Assembly: GCA_965214465.1 (NCBI GenBank)
Contig: CBDCBX010000021.1
Coordinates: 943,197-1,007,196, forward strand
DNA from: Acidobacteriota bacterium
GTDB taxonomy: Bacteria; Acidobacteriota; UBA6911; RPQK01; CBDAPI01
Reading direction: 5' to 3'
Length of the DNA stretch: 64,000 nt
The first letter of the stretch is position 1; every line of letters starts with the position of its first letter. Shown here piece after piece: positions 9,407-18,632 of this stretch. The position numbers were made by a program, and so were the translations under genes. A model generated the notes under the pieces. The model was not told the origin of the DNA, made no database searches, and saw only the letters and a list, made by a program, of their open reading frames with translations.

Positions 9407-10075
9407 CTACTCCGGATCGACACTCTCAGTTAGGCAGTTCGGTAGTGACGCCACCAGGCCCACGACGACCCAAATCATGACATAGGTGGGGGTAAAGGCC
9501 AGAAAGTGATCGAAGAGACCGTGGATCAAGAAAGCGGCGGTAGCTGCGCTGATCCCTAAGAAAAGCGAAAGCTCAGCGTCTCCCATTTTGCGCCATTGGG
9601 CACCCAGGATTGAAGTGACCCGCCAGACAAACCATAAGAAAAGGCCGCCGCCGACGAGCCCCGTCGTAGCAAAGAACTCCAGATACATGTTGTTGGCGTG
9701 AAGATCGCGCCTCCACCCCTTGAGGTCGAGATAGTTTCCGTAGAGCAGGCGAAAATTGTCTGGTCCCACACCCAGAAGGGGCCGGTCGAGTAGCATCCGC
9801 AGGGCACCTCGCCAAAGAGTAGGACGGGCCAGATCAAGCCTCGGTGTGGGGGCCGGGCCCAAAGGGATAAGCGGTGGTTCTACTCTTCTCTCCGCGCTCC
9901 CCTCGGCAGCGTAGATTTTGACCAGGGAGTGAGCTAAAGGGGCACCTGCCGTACTGAACCATAGACGGTGCTCCTGAACCAGGTCCCAGGCCAAGATGTA
10001 TTCTCCCGGATGTGGCGGAGCCAATATCCGAGCCTGGACCTGCAGGCTTTCTGTCGGTTCTACAGTCTGTCCTAA
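9407..10075 (-). pseudogene. O-antigen ligase / Wzy_C family gene, 3' portion separated from its 5' portion by IS copy 1
   Basis: Wzy_C hallmarks (LGVGPDNFRLLYGNYLDL...RRDLHANNMYLEFFATTGLVGGGLFLWFVW, conserved His in an HxNxY context). Abuts the left IS end at 10076. Confidence 0.55.
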
Positions 10076-11732
10076 CCCGGATTATGCATGAGATCTGAAT
10101 CCGAGTGAGATTTGGGCCCATAAAAAGAGCCGTAGCTCTCTGATATAAAAGGGTTTACACAAACAAGACCCTAACCAGGAGCTACGGCAATGTTAAGAGC
10201 AGTCTGCCAGAATACCCTGCCATTTCACAGCCACAGAAAGATCACGGCGCGTTTTGATGGGGGGAGCCTCACTTCCGACGCAGGATGGTTGTTGTTTGGA
10301 TCGGTGGATCGGCAACATCGGCTCTGCGAGGGCTTCAGTTCGTGTATTTCGGAGAGTCGAGACCAACGCTACATTCGTCATGATCTGTTGAAGTTGATCC
10401 GACAACGAGTCTTGCAGATCGTGGCCGGCTACGAAGACTGTAATGACGCCGATACGCTGCGCTCGGATCCGATGCTCAAAACCGTCTGTGATCAGTTGCC
10501 GGAGAGCGATCCGGATTTGGCCACGCAGCCGACTTTCTCCCGCTTGGAGAACTCCGTCACCAGGAAGGATCTGATGCGTTTGAGCCAGTGGCTGCTAGGC
10601 CGTTATGTGCGCTCCCTGAAGAAAAGACGTCCCGGTAAGATCATCCTGGATCTGGACAGTACCGACGACCATACCCACGGCCAGCAGGAGTTCTCCTTCT
10701 ACCACGGGTATTACCGAAGCCACATTCTGCATCCTTTGCTGATCTTCGATGCCGACACGGGAGACCTGGTGTGTGCCGTGTTGAGACCTGGCAACAAGGG
10801 AGCTGCCTCTCACATCGTGCCCATTCTGAAGCGAGTCGTGGAGGCTATCCGACAAGGAGTGGGGACGGATGTCGAGATTGAGATTCGGGCCGACAGCGGC
10901 TTTGCCACGCCGCGGCTCTACGAGTTCTGTGAGGCTGAAGAGAATCAACTCCAGTATGTCATTGGGTTAAGTCGAAACCCTCGCCTGCAGCGAGTGGTCG
11001 AGCCCCTGCTGGATTCGACTCGGGAAAGGTTCCTTGAGCTGGAGGAAAAACAGCGTCAGTTTGACGAGTTTCTTTATCGAGCCAACAGCTGGGATCGATC
11101 TCGTCGCGTCATCGTCAAAGTGGAGGTCGATCAGCGCGGGATCAATCGTCGCTTTGTGGTCACCAACCGGGACGATCTCTGCTCCCAATCACTTTATGAC
11201 CACTACACAAACCGAGGACAGACCGAAAACTTCATCAAGGCCTTCAAGAATCATCTGAGCATGGACCGACTCAGCTGTCATCGATTCCTGGCCAATCAGT
11301 TTCGACTCCTTCTGCATGCCCTGGCTTACCAGATGTTCGTGCGCCTGCGCGACTATCTGCACGGGACCCCCTGGCACAAGCTCGAAATCGAAACCTTACG
11401 TCGTCGTGTCCTCAAGATCGGGGCCCGGATCCGACAAACCACTCGACGCATCTGGGTCCATCTTTCCTCAGCCTTTCCCGAACAACCCCTCTTCCACCTC
11501 GTCTTGAGTCGCCTCAACTCCAGCTAGCCTCTCCCAGCTCCCAGCTCCCCGAAAAACCGCTTCCGATACTCACCCAGGCCCAGATCTGTCTGAAATTCAC
11601 TCCCCAACCACTTCAAACGCCTCGCCAACCGATATTCTTCGCAAATCCGCCTGTCACACCTGTCCGCTTTCGAGTTGAGCCACTTCTCGAGTCGTTTTTC
11701 AACTCCGGACTACGGTTCTTGCATAATCCGGG
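10076..11732 (+). mobile_element. IS element copy 1 (IS4/IS5 superfamily, 1657 bp)
   Basis: Terminal inverted repeats CCCGGATTATGCA (left 10076-, right ends 11732). 4-bp direct repeat CTAA at 10072-10075 and 11733-11736. Carries a single transposase ORF. Two further copies lie at 41355 and 52467. Confidence 0.85.
10190..11527 (+). CDS. DDE transposase (DDE_Tnp_1-type with YREK signature)
   Basis: 445 aa. The signature Y-x2-R-x3-E-x6-K is present (YTNRGQTENFIKAFK). AGGAG sits 8 nt upstream of the ATG. The product is 99-100% identical to the one encoded at 41469..42806. Confidence 0.85.
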   Translation: MLRAVCQNTLPFHSHRKITARFDGGSLTSDAGWLLFGSVDRQHRLCEGFSSCISESRDQRYIRHDLLKLIRQRVLQIVAGYEDCNDADTLRSDPMLKTVCDQLPESDPDLATQPTFSRLENSVTRKDLMRLSQWLLGRYVRSLKKRRPGKIILDLDSTDDHTHGQQEFSFYHGYYRSHILHPLLIFDADTGDLVCAVLRPGNKGAASHIVPILKRVVEAIRQGVGTDVEIEIRADSGFATPRLYEFCEAEENQLQYVIGLSRNPRLQRVVEPLLDSTRERFLELEEKQRQFDEFLYRANSWDRSRRVIVKVEVDQRGINRRFVVTNRDDLCSQSLYDHYTNRGQTENFIKAFKNHLSMDRLSCHRFLANQFRLLLHALAYQMFVRLRDYLHGTPWHKLEIETLRRRVLKIGARIRQTTRRIWVHLSSAFPEQPLFHLVLSRLNSS

Positions 11733-12816
11733 CTAATGGGGTCCGCACTCCCTCAAAGACCAGAGTCTGCTCTCCCTTCCGATCAAGCCAGTGATAGGAG
11801 AGTGCAAAAGCATTCTCTCCCTCCGATCGCCAGGGAGCCAGGCCGGTGTTCTTCACTCGGACTCGGACGAGGTTGTCGCTTCCGGGGGCAAGTTCTAGTT
11901 CTCCCGGAGCGTCATACTCGACCTGATACCCCGGGCTGGAGTCGATGCCCGTGAGTCTCAACCAGAACAACGGATTGCGCAGCAAACTCAATCCCAACAG
12001 AACTACCACCATTCCGGATATCCCTAGCAGCAGGCGAAGGCGGTCGTCAGCACCCTTACGAATCAGCCAAAAACCAGCGGCGAGAAGCGGCAAGATAAGA
12101 AGGAGAATCAGGCCAGCGCGAGTGAGCGTCACGATCGTCCCGGCCGCGATAAGCGTTGAGGAAAGAAAGAGTGCCGATCTCTGCCAGCGCCGAACCTGGC
12201 ACAGTAAAAGACCGATGGTCAATCCAAAGGCCAGTTCCAGGTACATGGAGGTGATGGTAGGATATTGAAGGGTCGAAGTGGCTCGCACCTGGTTCTTTAC
12301 AAATCCAGTGCCTGGGCGAAAAGCTTGCAGAAAGTCCAGCACCCACGCCACTTCGAAAGATTCCAGCACTCCTAGAGCAGCGACCACACAGGCGACAAGG
12401 GTGACGGCCACCATCAAGGCGACGAGTCGACGCCGGTGTGTGATGGTTTGCACTACCATGAAAAAGATAAGGACACCCGTTAGATAGCGGGCTGTGAACT
12501 GCAGGGAGTTCGCACGATGGGCTGAGGCCAAAAGCGAGGAGACAACCATCCATGCAAGCAGGCAGAGAATCGGCGAGGCCAACCTGGTTCGGACGACACG
12601 AGGTGGTTGGCCAACAGCGCGGGAGCCACTCCACGCGAGCAGACTGATGAGGATGACGAGTTCGAGGTTGGTTACCGCCTGCCAGGACACGGTAAAGACA
12701 GCCTCGAGTCGCTCAAAAGGGGCAGCCAGTACCAGGAGCAACAGGCCGGTATAAGGAAGTCGAGTCCGAAATGGTTTCCCTTCTCTTCTCAAATACCCGC
12801 CGGAACTCCACGGCAC
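11733..12816 (-). pseudogene. O-antigen ligase-like membrane protein, 5' portion interrupted by IS copy 1
   Basis: About 10 TM segments, then the start of a Wzy_C-like region (TIVTLTRAGLILLLILPLLAAGFWL) and a periplasmic loop. The reading frame runs into the IS right end, and the last residues are IS-encoded. Confidence 0.5.
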
Positions 12817-12888
12817 AAGAAAAGAAATTGTATCGCTATTCTCAGCCGAGTGGAAGAATCACTACGATCTGCCGAATGTTTCGGACTC

Positions 12889-12919
12889 TTGACAGGGTTC
12901 CGCGCACTCTTGCCATAAT
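12889..12919 (+). promoter_or_regulatory. Candidate sigma70-type promoter for the radical SAM gene
   Basis: TTGACA (12889-12894), a 19-nt spacer, then CATAAT (12914-12919), 18 nt upstream of the ATG at 12938. The spacer is long, so this is weak. Confidence 0.3.
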
Positions 12920-12937
12920 GAGCAAGAAATTGGGCCC

Positions 12938-14281
12938 ATGAAAGAACGAGCCGTGCTTTACAACCCGAAAGCCGAATATTACACGATGCCACTCGCCTTG
13001 CTGGCTCTGGGTTCTGCCTTGGACCCGGCCCGCTATGAGGTGGTGGTCGTTGATGGGCGTCTGGAAAAGGACCCCCTAGGAAGAGTTCTCTCGCTGCTTG
13101 ACCGGGCGATTTGTCTTGGTGTCACGGTCCTCACGGGTTTCCCTATCCAAGACGCCCTGCGTGTCAGCCGGGCTGCCAGGTCGGCTCGACCGAGTCTGCC
13201 GGTGGTATGGGGAGGATGGCATCCTTCCCTGTTTGGAACCAAGTGTCTGGAGCAAGAAGGATCGATTGGCATCACGGTTCAAGGACAGGGAGAAGAAACC
13301 TTTCAAGACATATGTCGGCGGCCGAGGGGGTTGGAGGGAGTTGCGGGTTGCTCGTTTCGTCGGGATAAGGAGATTATCCACAACCCTCCAAGGCCCCTTC
13401 GGGATGTGAACAGCTTTCCTCGTCACCGATATGAACTGTTGGATCCGGAGCACTATTTTCGCTTTAAGGGGTGGCGGCAACTGGATTATATCTCTTCAAT
13501 TGGCTGCCGATTCCGCTGTGCCTTCTGCGCCGATCCGACCATCTATGAGAGGAAGTGGTTTGGACTGGATCCGGAGCGAATTGGAGAAGAAGTCGAATTC
13601 CTATGGAAAAAATACAGATTCGAAGACTTAAACTTCCAGGACGAAACCTTCTTTACCAAGAGCACGAGAGTCACTGCAATCGCTGAAGAGTTCCTTCGCC
13701 GGAGAGTCAAAATCAGTTGGGCCGGGACACTTCGTGCCGACCAAGGCGTGCGCCTCTCTGAAGATGACTTTCGAAAGTGCAGGGAATCTGGCCTGCGGAG
13801 AGTCATGATCGGGGTCGAGTCGGGCTCTGTGGAAATGCTGAAGTGGATGAAGAAAGATATCCAGTTGACTGAAGTATTCAAGACGGCGGAGATGTGTCTT
13901 CGGCATGGTGTTGCGGCAATTTTTCCTTTTATTGTCGGTTTTCCCGATGAGCCTGAAGAGAGCGTAAACGAAACTCTTAGAGTGGCGTACCAGCTACGCT
14001 CGATGAGCCCGAATTTCGAGATTCAGATCTTCTTCTATTCGCCTTACCCTGGCTCTCCCATAACGACACACGCCGAAAAGGCCGGTTTCCCAATCCCAGA
14101 CACTCTCGAACAGTGGGCCAGGTTCGACTTTAGCAAGTGGGGACCGTGGGTCGATTCAAAGAAACGTCGCCGCGTCGAAGTCTTTCAGTTTTGCCAGCGT
14201 TTGGCCGGACGTCAGAGTTCCCTCTGGACCAGATCGATTCAGGCCCTGGCTCGCTGGCAATGCCAACGACTGATTGGCTGA
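12938..14281 (+). CDS. B12-binding domain-containing radical SAM protein (class B)
   Basis: LPVVWGGWHPSLFG cobalamin-binding-like segment. Radical SAM motif CRFRCAFCAD. Paralogous to the N-terminal two-thirds of the 4133..6307 product. Confidence 0.8.
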   Translation: MKERAVLYNPKAEYYTMPLALLALGSALDPARYEVVVVDGRLEKDPLGRVLSLLDRAICLGVTVLTGFPIQDALRVSRAARSARPSLPVVWGGWHPSLFGTKCLEQEGSIGITVQGQGEETFQDICRRPRGLEGVAGCSFRRDKEIIHNPPRPLRDVNSFPRHRYELLDPEHYFRFKGWRQLDYISSIGCRFRCAFCADPTIYERKWFGLDPERIGEEVEFLWKKYRFEDLNFQDETFFTKSTRVTAIAEEFLRRRVKISWAGTLRADQGVRLSEDDFRKCRESGLRRVMIGVESGSVEMLKWMKKDIQLTEVFKTAEMCLRHGVAAIFPFIVGFPDEPEESVNETLRVAYQLRSMSPNFEIQIFFYSPYPGSPITTHAEKAGFPIPDTLEQWARFDFSKWGPWVDSKKRRRVEVFQFCQRLAGRQSSLWTRSIQALARWQCQRLIG

Positions 14282-14398
14282 CCTGGCGGAAGGGTACCCA
14301 GGATCCCGATCGACTCTCCCTCCTGCAGCAATCAGGCCAAAGGTGGTCCAGGTCACCACGATTACAGGGGTGAATTCCTAATTTCCTTGCCTGAAACT

Positions 14399-14430
14399 TG
14401 TGGCCACAAATAAGTATAATGTGGACACAT
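14399..14430 (+). promoter_or_regulatory. Toxin-antitoxin promoter/operator. A palindrome TGTGGCCACA and a near-palindrome ATGTGGACACAT bracket a consensus -10 TATAAT.
   Basis: TGTGGCCACA at 14399-14408, TATAAT at 14415-14420, ATGTGGACACAT at 14419-14430. GAGG RBS at 14434-14437, then ATG at 14447. Confidence 0.5.
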
Positions 14431-14446
14431 TTTGAGGCATCACTTC

Positions 14447-14701
14447 ATGACCACATCTGTGAGAGAACTGAAGGACCATCTGAGCAAGTATCTTCGGCGC
14501 GTTCAGAGCGGGGAGGAGGTGATCATCACTTCTCACCGTCGGCCGGTTGCCAAACTGGTCCCCCTCTCCGGAGACGAGACAGACGACTGCCAGAGCTTTT
14601 TCGACGGTCTCCAGGATCTTCGCGCACAGTTCAATGGGGAAGTAAAAGGCACTCCACTGAGCCAGATCGTGATCGAAATGCGTGAGGAAGAGCGCGATTG
14701 A
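14447..14701 (+). CDS. Phd/YefM-family type II antitoxin
   Basis: MTTSVRELKDHLSKYLRRVQSGEEVIITSHRRPVAKLVPL is the canonical Phd/YefM N-terminus. The upstream TTG start at 14432 is rejected in favour of ATG 14447, which has an RBS. The stop overlaps the toxin start by 4 nt. Confidence 0.75.
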   Translation: MTTSVRELKDHLSKYLRRVQSGEEVIITSHRRPVAKLVPLSGDETDDCQSFFDGLQDLRAQFNGEVKGTPLSQIVIEMREEERD

Positions 14702-15132
14702 GGGTCTACCTTGACACCAGCCTGCTGGTTGCCGTCTATGTTCCGGAGAGTCTGACGGGCAAAGTCCTTCAGCTTCTCAAGGAGCCGATCATCGTTTTCG
14801 TTTCAAGTCTGGTTGAGGTCGAACTCCACTCTGCCCTGTCAAGAAAACTTCGCATGGGGGAACTCCGAGCCAGTCAATGCCGCCGCATCACGGGGTTGTT
14901 TGATCGTCACCTCCGAGAAACCCGGTACCAGCGCCTGACCATCTCACCGGCAGCGTTCACGACGGCGGCAGACTTTCTCCGTGACTTCTCGACTCCTCTG
15001 CGTACGCTGGATGCATTGCACGTGGCTTGCTCCTTTCACACCGAAACGACTCTCTTCACAGCGGACGCGACCGCGACACTGAGCAGGGCGGCTTCCCATT
15101 TCGAAGTTCCCTGCAAGTTGCTGGCATCCTGA
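14698..15132 (+). CDS. vapC: PIN-domain toxin (VapC-like)
   Basis: MRVYLDTSLLVAVY places the first PIN acidic residue at position 6. Further D/E residues are spaced as in VapC. 144 aa. Confidence 0.7.
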   Translation: MRVYLDTSLLVAVYVPESLTGKVLQLLKEPIIVFVSSLVEVELHSALSRKLRMGELRASQCRRITGLFDRHLRETRYQRLTISPAAFTTAADFLRDFSTPLRTLDALHVACSFHTETTLFTADATATLSRAASHFEVPCKLLAS

Positions 15133-15155
15133 GCAGACCTGTGAAAGAAACACAC

Positions 15156-17219
15156 ATGCTTATGAACTTCACCGCCTCCATTGTTTGTGTCATCGCCTTC
15201 CTGACCGCACTCCAGGGCCAGGAAATATCTACCGAGCGGCGCCCGATTCAGGTGGATGATCTGTTTGTGATCAAGAGAGTCGGGAATCCTCAGTTCAGCC
15301 CGGACAGCGGCTGGGTGGCCTACACGGTCAGCGGGTCGAGCCTGGAGAGTGACAGTTCCCAGACCAGCATCTGGATGGCATCCACCAGCGACGGCGCCGA
15401 GATCCGAATGACGGGCAAAGGGACCTCCGGAACCCAGCCCCGCTGGAGCCCGGACGGGAAATACCTGTCCTTTCGATCGGGACGCGCGGAAGGCGAATTC
15501 CAGGGTTCGAACCAGTCGAGCCGATCCCAGGTGTGGCTGCTGGATCGCCGGGGCGGAGAGGCCCGGCAACTCACCGACATTGCACAGGGAGTCAGCGGCC
15601 ATGAGTGGTCACCCGATGGAAGACAACTGGTGCTCCTGATCAAAGATCCAAAACCTGGTGACATTGAGAATGGAGAAAGGACCGCCGGGAAACCCGAACC
15701 CTGGGTGATCGACCGGCTGCAGTTCAAGAGAGATCGAATCGGCTACCTCGACCGGTTCCGGACACACCTGTATTTGTTTGACCTGAAGAGCGGAGAAACC
15801 CGCCAGCTCACGTTTGGTGACTACGACGACTCCGAACCCGTCTGGAGCCCCGATGGGAAGTGGATCGCCTTTGTCAGCAACCGGACCGAGGAACCCGATG
15901 CCAACAGTAATTCGGATATCTGGGTCGTCTCCACCGTGACCCGGGAGACCCGGCCCTCGCCCAGACAGATCACAACGAATCCCGGATCCGATACGAACCC
16001 GGCCTGGAGTCCGGATGGAAAGTACCTGGCTCATGTGACGATCACGCGCCCCGACCTGATCTGGTACGCAGGACGCAAGCTGGCTATCTCTCCCTTTGCC
16101 GGCGGAAGGGCTGAAATTCTGACCGCCGACCTGGACCGCAACGTGAGCCAGCCCCGCTTCGATCCCGACGGCAAAGCCATCTATTTTCGGGCCGAAGACG
16201 GCCGCGCGTATCACCTGGCCCGGCTGCAACTGGAGACCCGACAACTCACCCGGCCTGTGGGTGGCAAACGGATGGTTTCAGCCTTCACTATGAGCCCGGC
16301 TGGCCGGCTGGCAATCCTGAAGAGTGAGCCCCATCAGCCGGGGGAGGTCTTCCTGGTCAACCACCTGCCCCGCCAGCTCAGCTTCAGAAACCGGGGGCTG
16401 CTGAATCGTCTCAAGCTGGGAGAAGTCGAGGGCATTCAATTTGCCAGCCAGGATGGTACCCGGATCGAGGGGTTTGTGGTGAAGCCTCCCGACTTCGTGG
16501 AAGGTCGGCGCTATCCCACCCTGCTTCGGATCCACGGCGGACCTGTGTTTCAGTTCTTCTTTGACTTCAACTTCGAAGCCCAGTTCTTCGCCGCTCAGGG
16601 ATACCTGGTGGTCTTGGCCAATCCACGTGGCTCCTCCGGCTACGGTCAGGACTTTGCCATGGGGATCTGGCAGGCCTGGGGTCAGAAGGACTTCGAGGAT
16701 GTGATGGCCGCCGTGGATCACGCCGTCGAGAAGGGATGGGCTGATCCTGAGAGGCTGGGCGTGGGAGGATGGTCGTACGGGGGGATTCTGACCAACTATG
16801 TGATCACTCAGACGGATCGATTCAAAGCCGCGATTACGGGAGCCAGCGAGGTTCTTTACGTCGCCAACTACGGGCATGATCACTACCAGTTTCAGTGGGA
16901 AAAGGAACTGGGTCTTCCCTGGGAAAATCGTGAGCTCTGGGAGCGACTCTCCCCCTTCAACTACGTGGAGAAGATTGTGACTCCCACTCTGATCATGGGA
17001 GGCGAGAAGGACTGGAATGTCCCGATTCTCAACTCCGAGCAGCTCTATCAGGCTCTGAAACGGCTGGGTCGCGAGACGCTTCTGGTGGTCTACCCTGGAG
17101 AGTCTCATGGGGGGATTCGCCGCCCCACCTTCCTGAAGGATCGTCGCTTGAGGGCGCTGGGCTGGTACGACAAGTACCTGAAAGGGAGGCAGCCCGATAC
17201 CACGGGAGGTCACCCATGA
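15156..17219 (+). CDS. S9-family serine peptidase (prolyl oligopeptidase / acylaminoacyl-peptidase type) with an N-terminal beta-propeller
   Basis: Signal peptide (MLMNFTASIVCVIAFLTALQG). Repeated SPDG(K/R) propeller blades. Catalytic nucleophile elbow GGWSYGG. C-terminal alpha/beta hydrolase region with ...GESHGG. Confidence 0.85.
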   Translation: MLMNFTASIVCVIAFLTALQGQEISTERRPIQVDDLFVIKRVGNPQFSPDSGWVAYTVSGSSLESDSSQTSIWMASTSDGAEIRMTGKGTSGTQPRWSPDGKYLSFRSGRAEGEFQGSNQSSRSQVWLLDRRGGEARQLTDIAQGVSGHEWSPDGRQLVLLIKDPKPGDIENGERTAGKPEPWVIDRLQFKRDRIGYLDRFRTHLYLFDLKSGETRQLTFGDYDDSEPVWSPDGKWIAFVSNRTEEPDANSNSDIWVVSTVTRETRPSPRQITTNPGSDTNPAWSPDGKYLAHVTITRPDLIWYAGRKLAISPFAGGRAEILTADLDRNVSQPRFDPDGKAIYFRAEDGRAYHLARLQLETRQLTRPVGGKRMVSAFTMSPAGRLAILKSEPHQPGEVFLVNHLPRQLSFRNRGLLNRLKLGEVEGIQFASQDGTRIEGFVVKPPDFVEGRRYPTLLRIHGGPVFQFFFDFNFEAQFFAAQGYLVVLANPRGSSGYGQDFAMGIWQAWGQKDFEDVMAAVDHAVEKGWADPERLGVGGWSYGGILTNYVITQTDRFKAAITGASEVLYVANYGHDHYQFQWEKELGLPWENRELWERLSPFNYVEKIVTPTLIMGGEKDWNVPILNSEQLYQALKRLGRETLLVVYPGESHGGIRRPTFLKDRRLRALGWYDKYLKGRQPDTTGGHP

Positions 17220-17495
17220 ACACACCCCTGCTCCAGAGCAGATACCGGAGAACAGTGATGACCTGGCTCGGCTCCTGCGGCTGGCACTCGACAAAGTGGC
17301 CTTTCTCCCCTTCGGGCTGCTCGTCGATCGGTGGCGATGGAAGGTGTTCTCCGGCGAAACACCTCCTGATCGGCACATCCGGATCTGGTGGGAACTCGTG
17401 GAGAAGTATGAAGCAGTGGCTGGACGCGCAAAACAAGGGTCAGACCTGCGGCTGGTAGCTTGCAGCGTCACCCCCCATCCGTTACCCTTTCGGCG

Positions 17496-17975
17496 ATGCC
17501 GAGACGCCCCAGCCTTCGCTACTGCATTCTTTTTCTGCTGGCATCGACCTGGCTGTTCTTGATTGTTTCCCCATCTCTGCTGGCCGCAAGATATCCTCTG
17601 CCGGTCGGTGCCGTTTATTACTTTTTCTCTCAAGTGTGCCGCCAGATCCCAGACCGGAGCTTTCACTGGGCGGGGGCTCAAATGGCCGTCTGTCACCGCT
17701 GCCTGGGTATTTACCTGGGCTTCTGGCTCGGAGTCCTGTGCTGGCCCGGCCTCGGACGTCTGGGCCAACGACTGCTCGACCGGCCACGGCTGATCCTGCT
17801 TCCGGCCGCGCTGCTGCTCCTGAACGCCCTGACGCCGAACTCACCCTTTGATCGCGTGGTCACGGGCCTGCTCGCTGGTTTTCCAGTGGCCCTGTTTGTG
17901 TGGATTGGATTTGAACAGCTCTTGGCCGTCCCCCCAGGATCCGAATCTCGAGGAGAATCGCATGTACTCAGCTAA
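17496..17975 (+). CDS. DUF2085-family membrane protein
   Basis: The conserved CHRCLGIY motif sits between TM helices. Contains four TM segments. Confidence 0.5.
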   Translation: MPRRPSLRYCILFLLASTWLFLIVSPSLLAARYPLPVGAVYYFFSQVCRQIPDRSFHWAGAQMAVCHRCLGIYLGFWLGVLCWPGLGRLGQRLLDRPRLILLPAALLLLNALTPNSPFDRVVTGLLAGFPVALFVWIGFEQLLAVPPGSESRGESHVLS

Positions 17976-18621
17976 ACCCAGCATGTCCGTTCCCGTAATT
18001 GCCGGCGGCCTTTTTCTAGGCGTCCTTTCGGTTGTTCCACCCATCAGTTTCCTCAACTGTGCCTGCTGCATCCTGGTCATCGGCGGGGGGCTACTGGCCT
18101 CTTATCTCTACATGAAGGGCTACCCACTCGATTCGCCCCGCGTCACCTACGGGGACGGAGCCCTTCTGGGACTTCTGGCCGGCCTGGTTGGCGCCGTTGT
18201 GGGCACGGTGGTTTCGATTCCCATCAACCTGATGATGAACCTCGGCTTCTCCAGCGAGGAAGCGCTCGAGCATCTCCGAGACACGCCCGACATTCCGCCC
18301 CAGTTGATTCAGTTTCTGGAGTCGATGATGGCGGGGGGCGTGACGGTTGTCGGGATCCTCTTTTCGCTGTTGTCCCAGGGCATCGTCTTTTCGATCTTCG
18401 GCATGGTCGGGGCGATGCTGGGCGTGGCCATCTTCGGGCCCAAAGGAGGTGCAGAACCAGGATCCGTGCCACCGGCTCCCAGCATGAGTCCCTACCAGAC
18501 GACTCTGCCTCCTCAGGCGCCTCCGCAGCCCGAATCTCCGAGTCAGCCTGCTCCGCCGGCGCCGCATCCGAAACCTCCGGAACAGGGCGGTTCGGATGGT
18601 GGAGGATCGGGACCCACGTAG
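17962..18621 (+). CDS. Membrane protein with a Pro-rich C-terminal tail, hypothetical
   Basis: Four hydrophobic helices, including one with an NCACC motif. The C-terminus is low complexity (PPAPSMSPYQTTLPPQAPPQPESPSQPAPPAPHPKPPEQGG). Confidence 0.4.
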   Translation: MYSAKPSMSVPVIAGGLFLGVLSVVPPISFLNCACCILVIGGGLLASYLYMKGYPLDSPRVTYGDGALLGLLAGLVGAVVGTVVSIPINLMMNLGFSSEEALEHLRDTPDIPPQLIQFLESMMAGGVTVVGILFSLLSQGIVFSIFGMVGAMLGVAIFGPKGGAEPGSVPPAPSMSPYQTTLPPQAPPQPESPSQPAPPAPHPKPPEQGGSDGGGSGPT

Positions 18622-18632
18622 GAGGACCCTCC

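Noticed and set aside
11528-11732. Hairpin (GAGTTGA...TCAACTC) and a 7-nt tandem in the IS 3' end as a separate regulatory element
   Set aside because: Present in all copies as part of the IS. Likely a transposase-binding or end structure rather than a host feature. Noted under the IS only.
17216-17458. 80-aa ORF overlapping the end of the S9 peptidase (ATGA)
   Set aside because: No motif, Gly/Ser/Trp-rich, and lies in the region of the antisense shadow ORF. Treated as non-coding intergenic sequence, possibly with regulatory content.
16278-17768. 496-aa minus-strand ORF overlapping the S9 peptidase gene. Similar long antisense ORFs lie at 33335..34159, 22868..23896, 38514..39440, 24990..25661, 26276..26917, 1071..1820 and 15609..16244.
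   Set aside because: These are typical GC-rich shadow ORFs. They are antisense to genes with strong family motifs, have low-complexity Arg/Pro/Gly-rich products and no recognisable domains.
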